A stretch of DNA of 33,408 nucleotides from a virus. Taxonomy: Duplodnaviria; Caudoviricetes. Below, in pieces: positions 25,883 to 33,408 of the stretch. The notes under the pieces were generated by a model. The model saw only the letters and a list, made by a program, of their open reading frames with translations. It was not told the DNA's origin and made no database searches. The translations under genes and the position numbers were made by a program. The number at the start of each line of letters is the position of its first letter. Position 1 is the first letter of the stretch. The stretch lies in the IMG/VR virus record IMGVR_UViG_3300030397_000537, positions 1 through 33,408 of that record, one strand, 5' to 3'.

Positions 25883-28653
25883 TGAAGCTGTGTTATATCG
25901 ACAATCTCTATGTTTTTGAATGCGAATTCATTGAACGTTTAACGCCAAGCAACGCCGGTTTTAAATGGCATTTAGGGGAGAAGTGCAAGCGCAGAAGCTG
26001 TCCGGCCTGTGACGCCGGACTGGGAAAAGCGTGGTACACAACGTCTGATAATATCGCGGCGGAGCTAATCAACTTTGCAGATGAAAGCGCGCATGAGCAG
26101 CTTTTTCTGGACGCCAAGGCGAAAGAAGAAACCCTGGCCGCTTCCTGGGCTACCGACGCTGAGATCGATATTCCTTGCCCAAACAGTCTTTCTTTCCTCC
26201 CCTACCAAAGGGCCGGGGTCGCGTTTGGTGACGCCCGGCCCGGGGTTTTAATCGGTGATGAAATGGGATTGGGGAAAGCCCAAAGCCTGGATGCCGATGT
26301 CCTAACGCCAACCGGCTACACTTCTATGAGAAATATTTGGGCCGGGGATAAAGTTATCAATTCCCAGGGTGGGGTTTCGACAGTGACCGGCGTTTTCACA
26401 CAAGGTAAAAAAGATATGTTCAGAGTGATCTTTAATGATGGCGCTTCCACGGAATGCTGTGATGATCACCTTTGGATGGTAAACACTGCGAATGGACGCT
26501 ACTCAAATAAGCCTTATAAAGTGTTACCGTTAAAAGAAATCAGGAAGCGCATTACCGATAAAAGCGGCAACAGCCTGCACTTCGTGCCGATCATTTCTCC
26601 GGTGGATTTTCCGGAAAAGACCTTGCCGCTGCATCCTTACCTCTTAGGGGCCTTATTAGGCGATGGCGGCCTTTCAGCCAGGGCCGCGAATATCACCAAT
26701 CCGGAACCGCAAATTCTCGGTAAAATTGATCAGCTATTGCCTGCAGGTCACCGGCTTAAGCATGCAACTCGTTATACATATCGGATCGTTACGGATCCCC
26801 CAAATTACCAAAAAGGCTCCAACAAGGTCGTTGCCGCAATTAAAAAAATGGGCTTGAATTGCACAGCAGAACATAAGTTCATCCCAACAGGCTATAAACT
26901 GGGTTCAATAAAGCAGCGTGTTCAGATCCTGCAAGGTTTAATGGATACCGATGGCTATTGCATGGATCAAGTGAAATGCACGGTCACCCAATATTCGACC
27001 GCCAGTGAACAACTGGCCAACGACATCTGTTTTATCGTTCAATCTTTAGGTGGTATTGCCCGGAAATCGATAAAGCAATCTCCCAAATACACTTATAAAG
27101 GTGAAAAGAAAATCGGGCTTCCCGCCCATATTTTAACCCTGAATCTGCCGGAATGGTTGAATCCCTTCACCTTATCCCGCAAGGCCGATATTTATAAACC
27201 AAACGGAAAATACAAGCCATCCCGCGCCATAAAAAAGATAGAATACATCGGTAAAAAGGAAGCGCAGTGCATTTCCGTTGACGCGCCGGACCGTCTCTAT
27301 GTCACAAACGATTTTATCCTGACCCACAATACGGTTCAGGCAATCGGTCTTGCGAATCTGCACCCGGAATACCGCAAAATTCTCATTATTTGCCCGGCGA
27401 ATTTAAAGATCAACTGGTATCGTGAGTTAAAACGGTGGCTGGTGGATGACTACATGATCAGCATTTGCAATACGAAATACCCGTTCCCGAAATACAGCAA
27501 TATCGTGATCATCAACTATGATATTCTCCATCGCTACGAAAAACAGCTGCGAGCCCACACATGGGATCTGCTAGTGATCGATGAAGCCCATTACATCAGA
27601 AACCGAAAAAGCCGCAGATCAAAAGCGGTCTATGGCTATAAAAAGAAGTCCGGAAAAGAGAGCGTAACCATTCCGCCAATACCCGCAGGTAAAAAAGTTC
27701 TCTTAACCGGGACACCGATTGAAAACTATCCAAAGGATCTGTATGCCCTGGTCAACTACCTAGATCCGGAAAACTGGCCTTCTGAAGCCGAATTCATGCG
27801 GCAGTATTATGAATGGGAATACAAGAAGGTTTTCCGGAAAGGCTGTAAGGGGATTCCGACCCAGGTGAGAAGCTTCACGAAACCGAGGAATCTGGAGTCG
27901 CTGCAGAAGAAGCTCCGGTCAACAATCATGATCCGCCGTCTGAAAAAAGATGTGCTTGCCGAGTTACCGGCGAAGCGGCGGCAGATTATTGAATTACCGG
28001 CGAATGGGCATCAGCAGCTTTTAAGGCTGGAATCGCAAGCTTTTAATAAGTATGAAGCGGCGCAACAAAAACGGCAAAGTTTTAAGACCAGCAATGTTTA
28101 CGGCAATGAAAACGATTACCGTCAGCACGTGAAGGAAATGCGAAATAGTGAGCAGCTATTATTCTCCGAACTTTCATCCTTACGGCAGCAAGTCGCGCTT
28201 GAAAAAATTCCTTTAGCAATTCCACATATTGAAAGTGCCATCGAATCATCCGGTAAAGTAGTCTTATTCGCCTATCACCGCAGTGTTATCCAGTCTCTTC
28301 GTGATCATTTCGGCAGTGATGCGGTGTTGCTTTACGGCGGTATGACTGCCAGCAATAAGCAAGAATCCATTGACAACTTTCAGCACGGCAATGCAAAGCT
28401 ATTTATCGGCTCTGTGGCGAACGCGGAAGGTTATACGCTAACATCTTCATCCCACGTGATTTTCATGGAACTGGATTGGCTCCCCGGAAAAATGCTGCAA
28501 GCTGAAGACCGTTGTCACCGGGTGGGGCAGCAAAACGCTGTGTTGGTTCAGCACTTGATTTTCGAAGGCAGTCTGGATGTTAAAATAGCGTCCCGCCTGA
28601 TTGAAAAGCAAGAGTACATGGAAGCGGCTCTTGATGATGTGGAGGTGGCGTAA
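25882..28653 (+). CDS. SNF2-family (HARP/SMARCAL1-like) helicase containing an intein
   Basis: LPYQ, DEMGLGK|T, IICPA, DEAH, LLTGTP, MIRRLKKDV, QAEDRCHRVGQ. Confidence 0.93.
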   Translation: MKLCYIDNLYVFECEFIERLTPSNAGFKWHLGEKCKRRSCPACDAGLGKAWYTTSDNIAAELINFADESAHEQLFLDAKAKEETLAASWATDAEIDIPCPNSLSFLPYQRAGVAFGDARPGVLIGDEMGLGKAQSLDADVLTPTGYTSMRNIWAGDKVINSQGGVSTVTGVFTQGKKDMFRVIFNDGASTECCDDHLWMVNTANGRYSNKPYKVLPLKEIRKRITDKSGNSLHFVPIISPVDFPEKTLPLHPYLLGALLGDGGLSARAANITNPEPQILGKIDQLLPAGHRLKHATRYTYRIVTDPPNYQKGSNKVVAAIKKMGLNCTAEHKFIPTGYKLGSIKQRVQILQGLMDTDGYCMDQVKCTVTQYSTASEQLANDICFIVQSLGGIARKSIKQSPKYTYKGEKKIGLPAHILTLNLPEWLNPFTLSRKADIYKPNGKYKPSRAIKKIEYIGKKEAQCISVDAPDRLYVTNDFILTHNTVQAIGLANLHPEYRKILIICPANLKINWYRELKRWLVDDYMISICNTKYPFPKYSNIVIINYDILHRYEKQLRAHTWDLLVIDEAHYIRNRKSRRSKAVYGYKKKSGKESVTIPPIPAGKKVLLTGTPIENYPKDLYALVNYLDPENWPSEAEFMRQYYEWEYKKVFRKGCKGIPTQVRSFTKPRNLESLQKKLRSTIMIRRLKKDVLAELPAKRRQIIELPANGHQQLLRLESQAFNKYEAAQQKRQSFKTSNVYGNENDYRQHVKEMRNSEQLLFSELSSLRQQVALEKIPLAIPHIESAIESSGKVVLFAYHRSVIQSLRDHFGSDAVLLYGGMTASNKQESIDNFQHGNAKLFIGSVANAEGYTLTSSSHVIFMELDWLPGKMLQAEDRCHRVGQQNAVLVQHLIFEGSLDVKIASRLIEKQEYMEAALDDVEVA
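26278..27330 (+). mobile_element. Class 3 intein (351 aa) with LAGLIDADG homing endonuclease, inserted in Walker A
   Basis: Starts AQSLDADV, block B CCDDHLW, LLGALLGDG and LQGLMDTDG, block F AQCISVD, ends LTHN before Thr+1. Confidence 0.92.
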
Positions 28654-29084
28654 TGGGTAAGAAATCCTTCTCAACAAATGTTGATACTCACGGCGTAACG
28701 ATCACCTACGGCCGTTACAAGGGCGAAAGATTCACCAGACTCCCTATTCCATATCTAAAGAAGATGGTCGAACACAAGATGGCTATGAGCCGCTACGCCA
28801 AAGCTGAATTAAAACGTAGAGGCTTTGATGCTGATAAATGTATCGACATTTCGCCCCATTCGATAGACATGGCTTCGACACGCCTTTTAGGACACTGGAA
28901 GCGAACCCGAAGGAAAGGCGAAGGCATTTTTACCTGGCTGCACCGGATTGCTTTGGAAGCCATCGAGAAAGGCAATCAGGATGCAGATGGCCGTTATCTC
29001 CACAACAAAATGAAACTGTCGATCAAAACGGAAGGTGTGTTTCCAGTCTTGATCACAGTTTTTTATAACGAAGACCTCTCATAA
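28653..29084 (+). CDS. DUF3820-like (FGKY-type motif) protein
   Basis: ITYGRYKGERFTRLPIPYLKKM resembles the FGKYKG..L.DLP..YL.W motif. Confidence 0.6.
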   Translation: MGKKSFSTNVDTHGVTITYGRYKGERFTRLPIPYLKKMVEHKMAMSRYAKAELKRRGFDADKCIDISPHSIDMASTRLLGHWKRTRRKGEGIFTWLHRIALEAIEKGNQDADGRYLHNKMKLSIKTEGVFPVLITVFYNEDLS

Positions 29085-29088
29085 AGCC

Positions 29089-29128
29089 CTTCCCCGGTAG
29101 CCTTTTAAAGGTTGCCGGGGGAGTTTAT
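29089..29128 (+). terminator. Strong hairpin, possible terminator or processing site
   Basis: CTTCCCCGGTAGCCT/AGGTTGCCGGGGGAG followed by TTTAT. Confidence 0.55.
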
Positions 29129-29147
29129 ACAGAAAGGACAAGTTTTA

Positions 29148-29657
29148 ATGGAAGAATGGAAAAAAGAATTTAATGAAGCCTCGGCTCTTGGCCGCTGGAC
29201 ACTTCGAACCGGCTTCTTCAAAGTTGTGTTGCCGCTAATGCTATTTGCTGTCGCTGTTGGGATTGCCGGTAATTTTTTCGGCTGGTTTGGTGAAGCGGCC
29301 AGCGTTGCCCGCCAGGAATTTGGGACAAAAGAAATGCTCCGCAAATATGAGTGGTTTAAAGACGCTTCCGCGCAACTGGATAAGAAACAGGCTGATATTG
29401 AAGTATATAAAAGCCGCCTCCAAAAACTGGCTTCTGATTACCAGGACATACCTCGCTATAAATGGGATAGAACCGATAAAGAGCAGGCGAATTTGTGGCA
29501 GCAAGAAGTTGCCGGCGTAATCGCCAGCTACAACAGCCTGGCAGCAGAATACAATTCGCAGATGTCAAAAATAAATTGGCGATTTGCAAACGTTGGCAGC
29601 CTTCCCGAAGGCGCGACAAGCGCATTGCCAAAAGCATATAAAACATACATTCAATAA
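29148..29657 (+). CDS. Single-pass membrane protein with coiled coil
   Basis: AAAGGA RBS, ATG 29148; TM VVLPLMLFAVAVGIAGNFFGWF; helical C-terminal domain with AAEYNSQM. Confidence 0.72.
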   Translation: MEEWKKEFNEASALGRWTLRTGFFKVVLPLMLFAVAVGIAGNFFGWFGEAASVARQEFGTKEMLRKYEWFKDASAQLDKKQADIEVYKSRLQKLASDYQDIPRYKWDRTDKEQANLWQQEVAGVIASYNSLAAEYNSQMSKINWRFANVGSLPEGATSALPKAYKTYIQ

Positions 29658-29671
29658 TCATGGAGAACATC

Positions 29672-30223
29672 ATGAAATATTTTATCACACTCTTTTTAGC
29701 TACTTTTCTATTTATCGGATGTCAAATGTCGGAACCAGTTCCGCCTAAATCTACATCCGGAGTTAAAAAGAAATCTGTGAAGGTGAAAACCCAGGCGGAC
29801 GGCTTTACGGTTGAGCAATCCAATATCCGTGATCGGTTAAAGGAAGATAGCAAGCCCGGCAGTATTAAACATTTGTATATCATCTCCCCTTATTCCGGGC
29901 AAGTGTTGCTTTACTCTACTGTTAAGGGGAAAGTAACGAGCAGCGGGAAAAGGCTTTCCCCTTACGAAGTTTCGGCTATAGACGGGGAGCTTGTTGATAG
30001 TCAATTCCGCGGGTTTTCGATCGATTTTAATGGAAAAAAACGGAACACCGGTGAAGTGCTGCAAGATGATGGCACTTATGGAGGATCAAATCCATACATC
30101 TATTGGTGGGATTCAAAAGGAATTTACCATCAACACTTTTTTACTGGCGGTCAGATTATCCATATCTCCAACCAGCCTATTACGACAAAAAATATTGTGT
30201 TAAATCTCGAATCTTCAAAGTGA
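29672..30223 (+). CDS. Phage lipoprotein
   Basis: GGAG RBS; signal MKYFITLFLATFLFIG-C lipobox; KGKVTSSGKRL and DDGTYG motifs. Confidence 0.8.
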   Translation: MKYFITLFLATFLFIGCQMSEPVPPKSTSGVKKKSVKVKTQADGFTVEQSNIRDRLKEDSKPGSIKHLYIISPYSGQVLLYSTVKGKVTSSGKRLSPYEVSAIDGELVDSQFRGFSIDFNGKKRNTGEVLQDDGTYGGSNPYIYWWDSKGIYHQHFFTGGQIIHISNQPITTKNIVLNLESSK

Positions 30224-30230
30224 GTTTGTA

Positions 30231-30476
30231 ATGAAAAAGAAAACAGTACACCTAAAAACAAACTATGAATTCGGTGATGGTGAAGAAAGAATCGTTGCCG
30301 AAAGCGCAAAGTTAGAATTGCTAAATGCCATCGAGAAATCGATCAAGCTTCCGGCGAGTGCGCGGAAATTTGTGCTGACGGTTCAGCTAGTTACGACCGA
30401 AAAACTTGATCCGGAAGACATGGAAGAGCGGCAAGAAAAGCTGGAGCAGCAGTTAACACTTCAGTTTGTGAGTTAA
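30231..30476 (+). CDS. Hypothetical protein
   Basis: 81-aa ORF in operon, ending QQLTLQFVS. Confidence 0.55.
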   Translation: MKKKTVHLKTNYEFGDGEERIVAESAKLELLNAIEKSIKLPASARKFVLTVQLVTTEKLDPEDMEERQEKLEQQLTLQFVS

Positions 30477-30482
30477 TTAGTC

Positions 30483-30627
30483 GTCCGGGTGGCGTAATTG
30501 GCAGACGCATCGAAAGAGTTCAGCGTGATAGCACATCCAGGTTAAGCGCGCAACGGCCTGGAAGGAAAGACTCCAAGCATGTGGCGTATTCTCACGCTGA
30601 TTGCAGGTTCGAAGCCTGCCCCGGACA
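30483..30627 (+). ncRNA. tRNA-like (Leu-type D/T/acceptor) RNA lacking a canonical anticodon arm, with about 80-nt variable-arm insert
   Basis: Acceptor GTCCGGG/CCCGGAC plus A; D arm GCGT-AATTGGCAG-ACGC; T arm GCAGG-TTCGAAG-CCTGC; inner stem TCAGCGTGA/TCACGCTGA. Confidence 0.8.
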
Positions 30628-30764
30628 CAGCTTTTGAAGGAATAGATCATTGACAAGGATGTTTCCTGGAGAAGGGAACAAAATTCAAAAACGGATTTGT
30701 TTTTTAGAAAAACCGCGAAAGCGGGCAAGGGGATTTTTCCCCATTTTAGAAATTTGAGGGCTTT

Positions 30765-30971
30765 ATGAGCAAGTGGGAATTGTTAGCAAACATAAGGGAA
30801 TTTCAATACAGAAATGGCAGCTTTGAAGCATTAAACAGGGCTAAAAATGAACTAATAACGGAGATTTTAGAAGATGAGAGAGCAAATCATCATACCGGAA
30901 ATAAACGAATTAAAAAAGCTGGAAAAACAGCGCGGGAAACTACAGGCCAAAACTGCGGCGTCTGCTGCTGA
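30765..30971 (+). CDS. Hypothetical protein
   Basis: GAGGG RBS; overlaps the next ORF by about 100 nt. Confidence 0.4.
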   Translation: MSKWELLANIREFQYRNGSFEALNRAKNELITEILEDERANHHTGNKRIKKAGKTARETTGQNCGVCC

Positions 30972-31089
30972 AATGGCAACAAAGGCAAGTGAAATAGCTG
31001 CGCTTAACGAGGCAACAAAAAAGGAATGCACCGCTTTGCGCTACCAGCAGGCGCAACTATTAAACCTGGCGCTGGGAGGTGAAAATTGA
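30874..31089 (+). CDS. Small coiled-coil hypothetical protein
   Basis: Helical; ends with GGAGG (LGGEN) coupling into the resolvase. Confidence 0.55.
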   Translation: MREQIIIPEINELKKLEKQRGKLQAKTAASAAEMATKASEIAALNEATKKECTALRYQQAQLLNLALGGEN

Positions 31090-31586
31090 TTGCCGGCATC
31101 GATATTGGCATTGCCAAACCGACCGTTATTTGTGAAATGAACATGGCCGGTAAAGTTGAAGGATTCCTTTTTGTGGAAGGCAGCCCGGGCGATGTTATCC
31201 AGGCGCTAAACCCGGACAAACATAAACTGCTTGCCTGGGAAGAAGCCTATCATAAAAACAATACGGCCATCACCAAAAAAATGAGCGAGTTTTCCGGCGG
31301 TTTAAAGCAACTTGCCACTTTCCTAAAATTCGAGCAATACGAAACCGTGCGCCCGGTGGATTGGCAAACGCCTTTAAAAACCGCGTTTGGCGTAAAGCGG
31401 CAAGCCGGAATGAAGGATAGCCAGTGGTTTGACTATCGTATGCGCTGCTATGCGCGTATTGTAAAACCGCTGCTTTGCCCCGGCGTTCAACTTTCTCATA
31501 AAAAATACATTTGGTACGACCAGGTGGCAGCGGTTTTAATTGCCTGGCACGTGCAGCGACATTCAAAAATTAAAATGACGGGCTAA
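31086..31586 (+). CDS. RuvC-like Holliday junction resolvase
   Basis: IAGIDIG, LAWEEAY, VRPVDWQ, DQVAAVLIA; GGAGGT RBS. Confidence 0.78.
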   Translation: MIAGIDIGIAKPTVICEMNMAGKVEGFLFVEGSPGDVIQALNPDKHKLLAWEEAYHKNNTAITKKMSEFSGGLKQLATFLKFEQYETVRPVDWQTPLKTAFGVKRQAGMKDSQWFDYRMRCYARIVKPLLCPGVQLSHKKYIWYDQVAAVLIAWHVQRHSKIKMTG

Positions 31587-31816
31587 TGATGAAGATAAAA
31601 GAGAGCTATACGGATCACGAACTAATGCGAATTGCCATGAACGCGAACCGGTTGCGGGATGATGCGCTAAAGGATTTTATTGATGCACATAAAATTGTGC
31701 AGGCCGGGTTTATGGTCCCGGCGCAGTCCATTAGCCGGGGCGATATTCGGGTTGTTTTGCAGGCGATCCGGGAACATGAGAACCTTGAAAACATGGCAGG
31801 TAAACGCTTTGAGTGA
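31586..31816 (+). CDS. Hypothetical protein
   Basis: TAATG coupling. Confidence 0.55.
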   Translation: MMKIKESYTDHELMRIAMNANRLRDDALKDFIDAHKIVQAGFMVPAQSISRGDIRVVLQAIREHENLENMAGKRFE

Positions 31817-32054
31817 TGTAGAATATTTGGCGACACAACAAAAAATGCAGACGCTTGCAAACTTGCTTTTAGCGTCCAAGCTGGATTTGAACGCTTTTTT
31901 AGAAAGAATTGCGCTTGCGGAATCCATTGCACCGATTACTGACCCGACCTTGTATAAAAAAGGCGCGGGAAAACTGGACGATGTAAAACGGCTTGCAAAC
32001 AGCCTAAAACCCTTTCTGAAAGAAGCAAAAAGACAGGCGGGCGCGAAATGGTAA
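31809..32054 (+). CDS. Hypothetical phage protein
   Basis: Probable TTG start after AGGT; helical, with APITDPTLYK. Confidence 0.55.
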   Translation: MSDVEYLATQQKMQTLANLLLASKLDLNAFLERIALAESIAPITDPTLYKKGAGKLDDVKRLANSLKPFLKEAKRQAGAKW

Positions 32055-33082
32055 ATCCACCAACAGAGCGACAATTGGCAGTCCTAAAATTTTGGAACAA
32101 TTTCCGCATTGAAAACGGCTATCAACCGTCGTTGCAAGAAATATGCTCTCATTTTTCCTTTCGGGCAAAGGGCGCTGCTTCAGGCCATTTAAAAGCACTC
32201 GAAAGAAAAGGCATCATTGAAAGAACGCCGAAAAAAAAACAGGGCAATAAAATTAACCGAGTTAGGGAAAAAACTTTTAGAGGAAAATTCATGAAACGGA
32301 TTTTATTAACAATCATTTTGTTAAGCATTAGCTTAACAGCACAAACCGATTTTTTTACGCTAAAGTCTTTCCGGACGCGAACCTTTTTGCAGAGCGAGAT
32401 AAATAGCTTTGAACGAGCACACGAGTTTATGTTCTCGCTCCGCCCGGTGTTGACTTCCGGAAAGCTTTTTGTGATGTCCGGCGGAGAGCTGCACATTGGC
32501 ACTACTGGCCGTTACGATTTAACCAGTAGAAGTTTTAGCACAGCCGGTTTGCACCTGGGCATTGCTGCCGCTTACGAAGTATCAAAGCATTACAAGTTTG
32601 GTGTGTTTATCCGCAGGGAAATGCAATTTGCAATGGATTTACCGCCAGGGCCGGAAAACCGCGTAATTGAAAGCATTGTGGAAGATTGGAAAAAGCGATA
32701 CCCGAATTCACGAATGTTATATTACAATCATTATGGATTCATTGTTTTTGCGGAAGATGAAAACGGAAAGCTGGAAATTGCGCTGCATTCTCCTTTTAAA
32801 ATCCCGGTTTTACATACAGTGCCGCAAAACACGCCGGTTGCCTGGCTGTTTATTGCGGCGGAAGTTTTACTGCCTCATCATTTCTCCTTGAAACTGGATT
32901 GGACATTTCACGCGCTGCGGCCATACCGGGAGTGGCCGGACGTGGAATTTGGGACTGGTGGTATTACCGGCAGGGTTCAAGTTAAACAAGGTTACACAAT
33001 AGAAAGCGGATGGAAGCAGGAAACCGGGCCGACCGGGTTTAACCGCTCCAGCGCTTTCTTTTTTGGAATGAGGGCTGATTGA
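32048..33082 (+). CDS. LexA-type winged-HTH in frame with a signal-peptide-bearing OMP-like protein (internal start 32291)
   Basis: PTERQLAVL...GYQPSLQEICSHF...HLKALERKGII, then GAGGA-ATG MKRILLTIILLSISLTAQ and alternating beta-strand patterns. Confidence 0.75.
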   Translation: MVNPPTERQLAVLKFWNNFRIENGYQPSLQEICSHFSFRAKGAASGHLKALERKGIIERTPKKKQGNKINRVREKTFRGKFMKRILLTIILLSISLTAQTDFFTLKSFRTRTFLQSEINSFERAHEFMFSLRPVLTSGKLFVMSGGELHIGTTGRYDLTSRSFSTAGLHLGIAAAYEVSKHYKFGVFIRREMQFAMDLPPGPENRVIESIVEDWKKRYPNSRMLYYNHYGFIVFAEDENGKLEIALHSPFKIPVLHTVPQNTPVAWLFIAAEVLLPHHFSLKLDWTFHALRPYREWPDVEFGTGGITGRVQVKQGYTIESGWKQETGPTGFNRSSAFFFGMRAD

Positions 33083-33249
33083 TGTTTAAACTAGAAGATT
33101 ATCCCAATTTTCTCCTACCGTTTGACTTGGACTCTAGCGGTAGAGTGAAAAAACCCGTTAAGCATGTTTTTCTCAGTAAAAAGGATAGACGTAAAAGGAA
33201 AAAACGCCAAAAAATGGCAAAGAAAAGCAGGCGCATAAACCGGAGATAG
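33082..33249 (+). CDS. Small basic protein (55 aa; not in ORF track)
   Basis: TGATG coupling, GAGGG RBS; C-terminal RRKRKKRQKMAKKSRRINRR. Confidence 0.65.
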   Translation: MFKLEDYPNFLLPFDLDSSGRVKKPVKHVFLSKKDRRKRKKRQKMAKKSRRINRR

Positions 33250-33250
33250 A

Positions 33251-33408
33251 ATGACTGAAACACTAGATAAGATATATCTTGAAATATCAAATATAACACA
33301 TGCCAGAAACAGACGAGAATTGGAAGCGGCAAAGCTGGCAGCCGATATACAATCTTTCCTGTATGACAGCTATCCTCTTGCAACACCCAATGATCGTGAC
33401 TGGGAAAC
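33251..33408 (+). CDS. Hypothetical protein, 3' truncated by window
   Basis: GGAG RBS; MTETLDKIYLEISNITHARNRRE... open to the window end. Confidence 0.55.
   Translation, partial: MTETLDKIYLEISNITHARNRRELEAAKLAADIQSFLYDSYPLATPNDRDWE

Noticed and set aside
25871-28655. GAGGTGGCGTRATG at both ends of the helicase as a target-site duplication
   Set aside because: Explained by SD plus stop/start coupling (both upstream genes end EVA*).
30483-30627. Ordinary tRNA, intron-containing tRNA or tmRNA
   Set aside because: No 5-bp stem with 7-nt anticodon loop could be reconstructed; the insert is too short for a group I intron; a D stem is present and there is no tag ORF or G3-U70.
33099-33386. Minus-strand 95-aa hydrophobic ORF
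   Set aside because: Antisense shadow of two coupled + strand ORFs with RBSs.

Overview
A 33.4 kb segment of a tailed dsDNA phage or prophage with a siphovirus-like layout. The host is probably a diderm bacterium, inferred from sigma70 promoters, SD sites, a lipoprotein and an OMP-like gene. Bases 1-17978 are a + strand morphogenesis operon: portal fused to a Mu gpF/SPP1 gp7-like domain, HK97-type prohead protease, HK97-fold capsid, two small membrane proteins, head-tail genes, a Com-like zinc finger, two paralogous tail-tube genes, frameshifting tail chaperones, tape measure and tail-tip genes. Bases 18-19.3 kb hold a leftward membrane/HTH gene behind a structured attenuator-like leader. Bases 19.4-21.5 kb are an early island with a duplicated 68-bp promoter/operator, very acidic small proteins, HTH/RHH regulators and an orphan HicB-like gene. 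Bases 21.6-33.4 kb carry recombination/replication genes (RecT-like, Rad50/SbcC-like ATPase, SNF2 helicase with a class 3 intein, RuvC-like), a membrane protein plus lipoprotein pair, and a LexA-HTH in frame with a signal-peptide OMP-like protein. The most unusual element is a 145-nt tRNA-Leu-like RNA with no anticodon arm and a large structured variable arm carrying a self-complementary kissing-loop sequence. All family calls come from reading motifs by eye; no database search was run.
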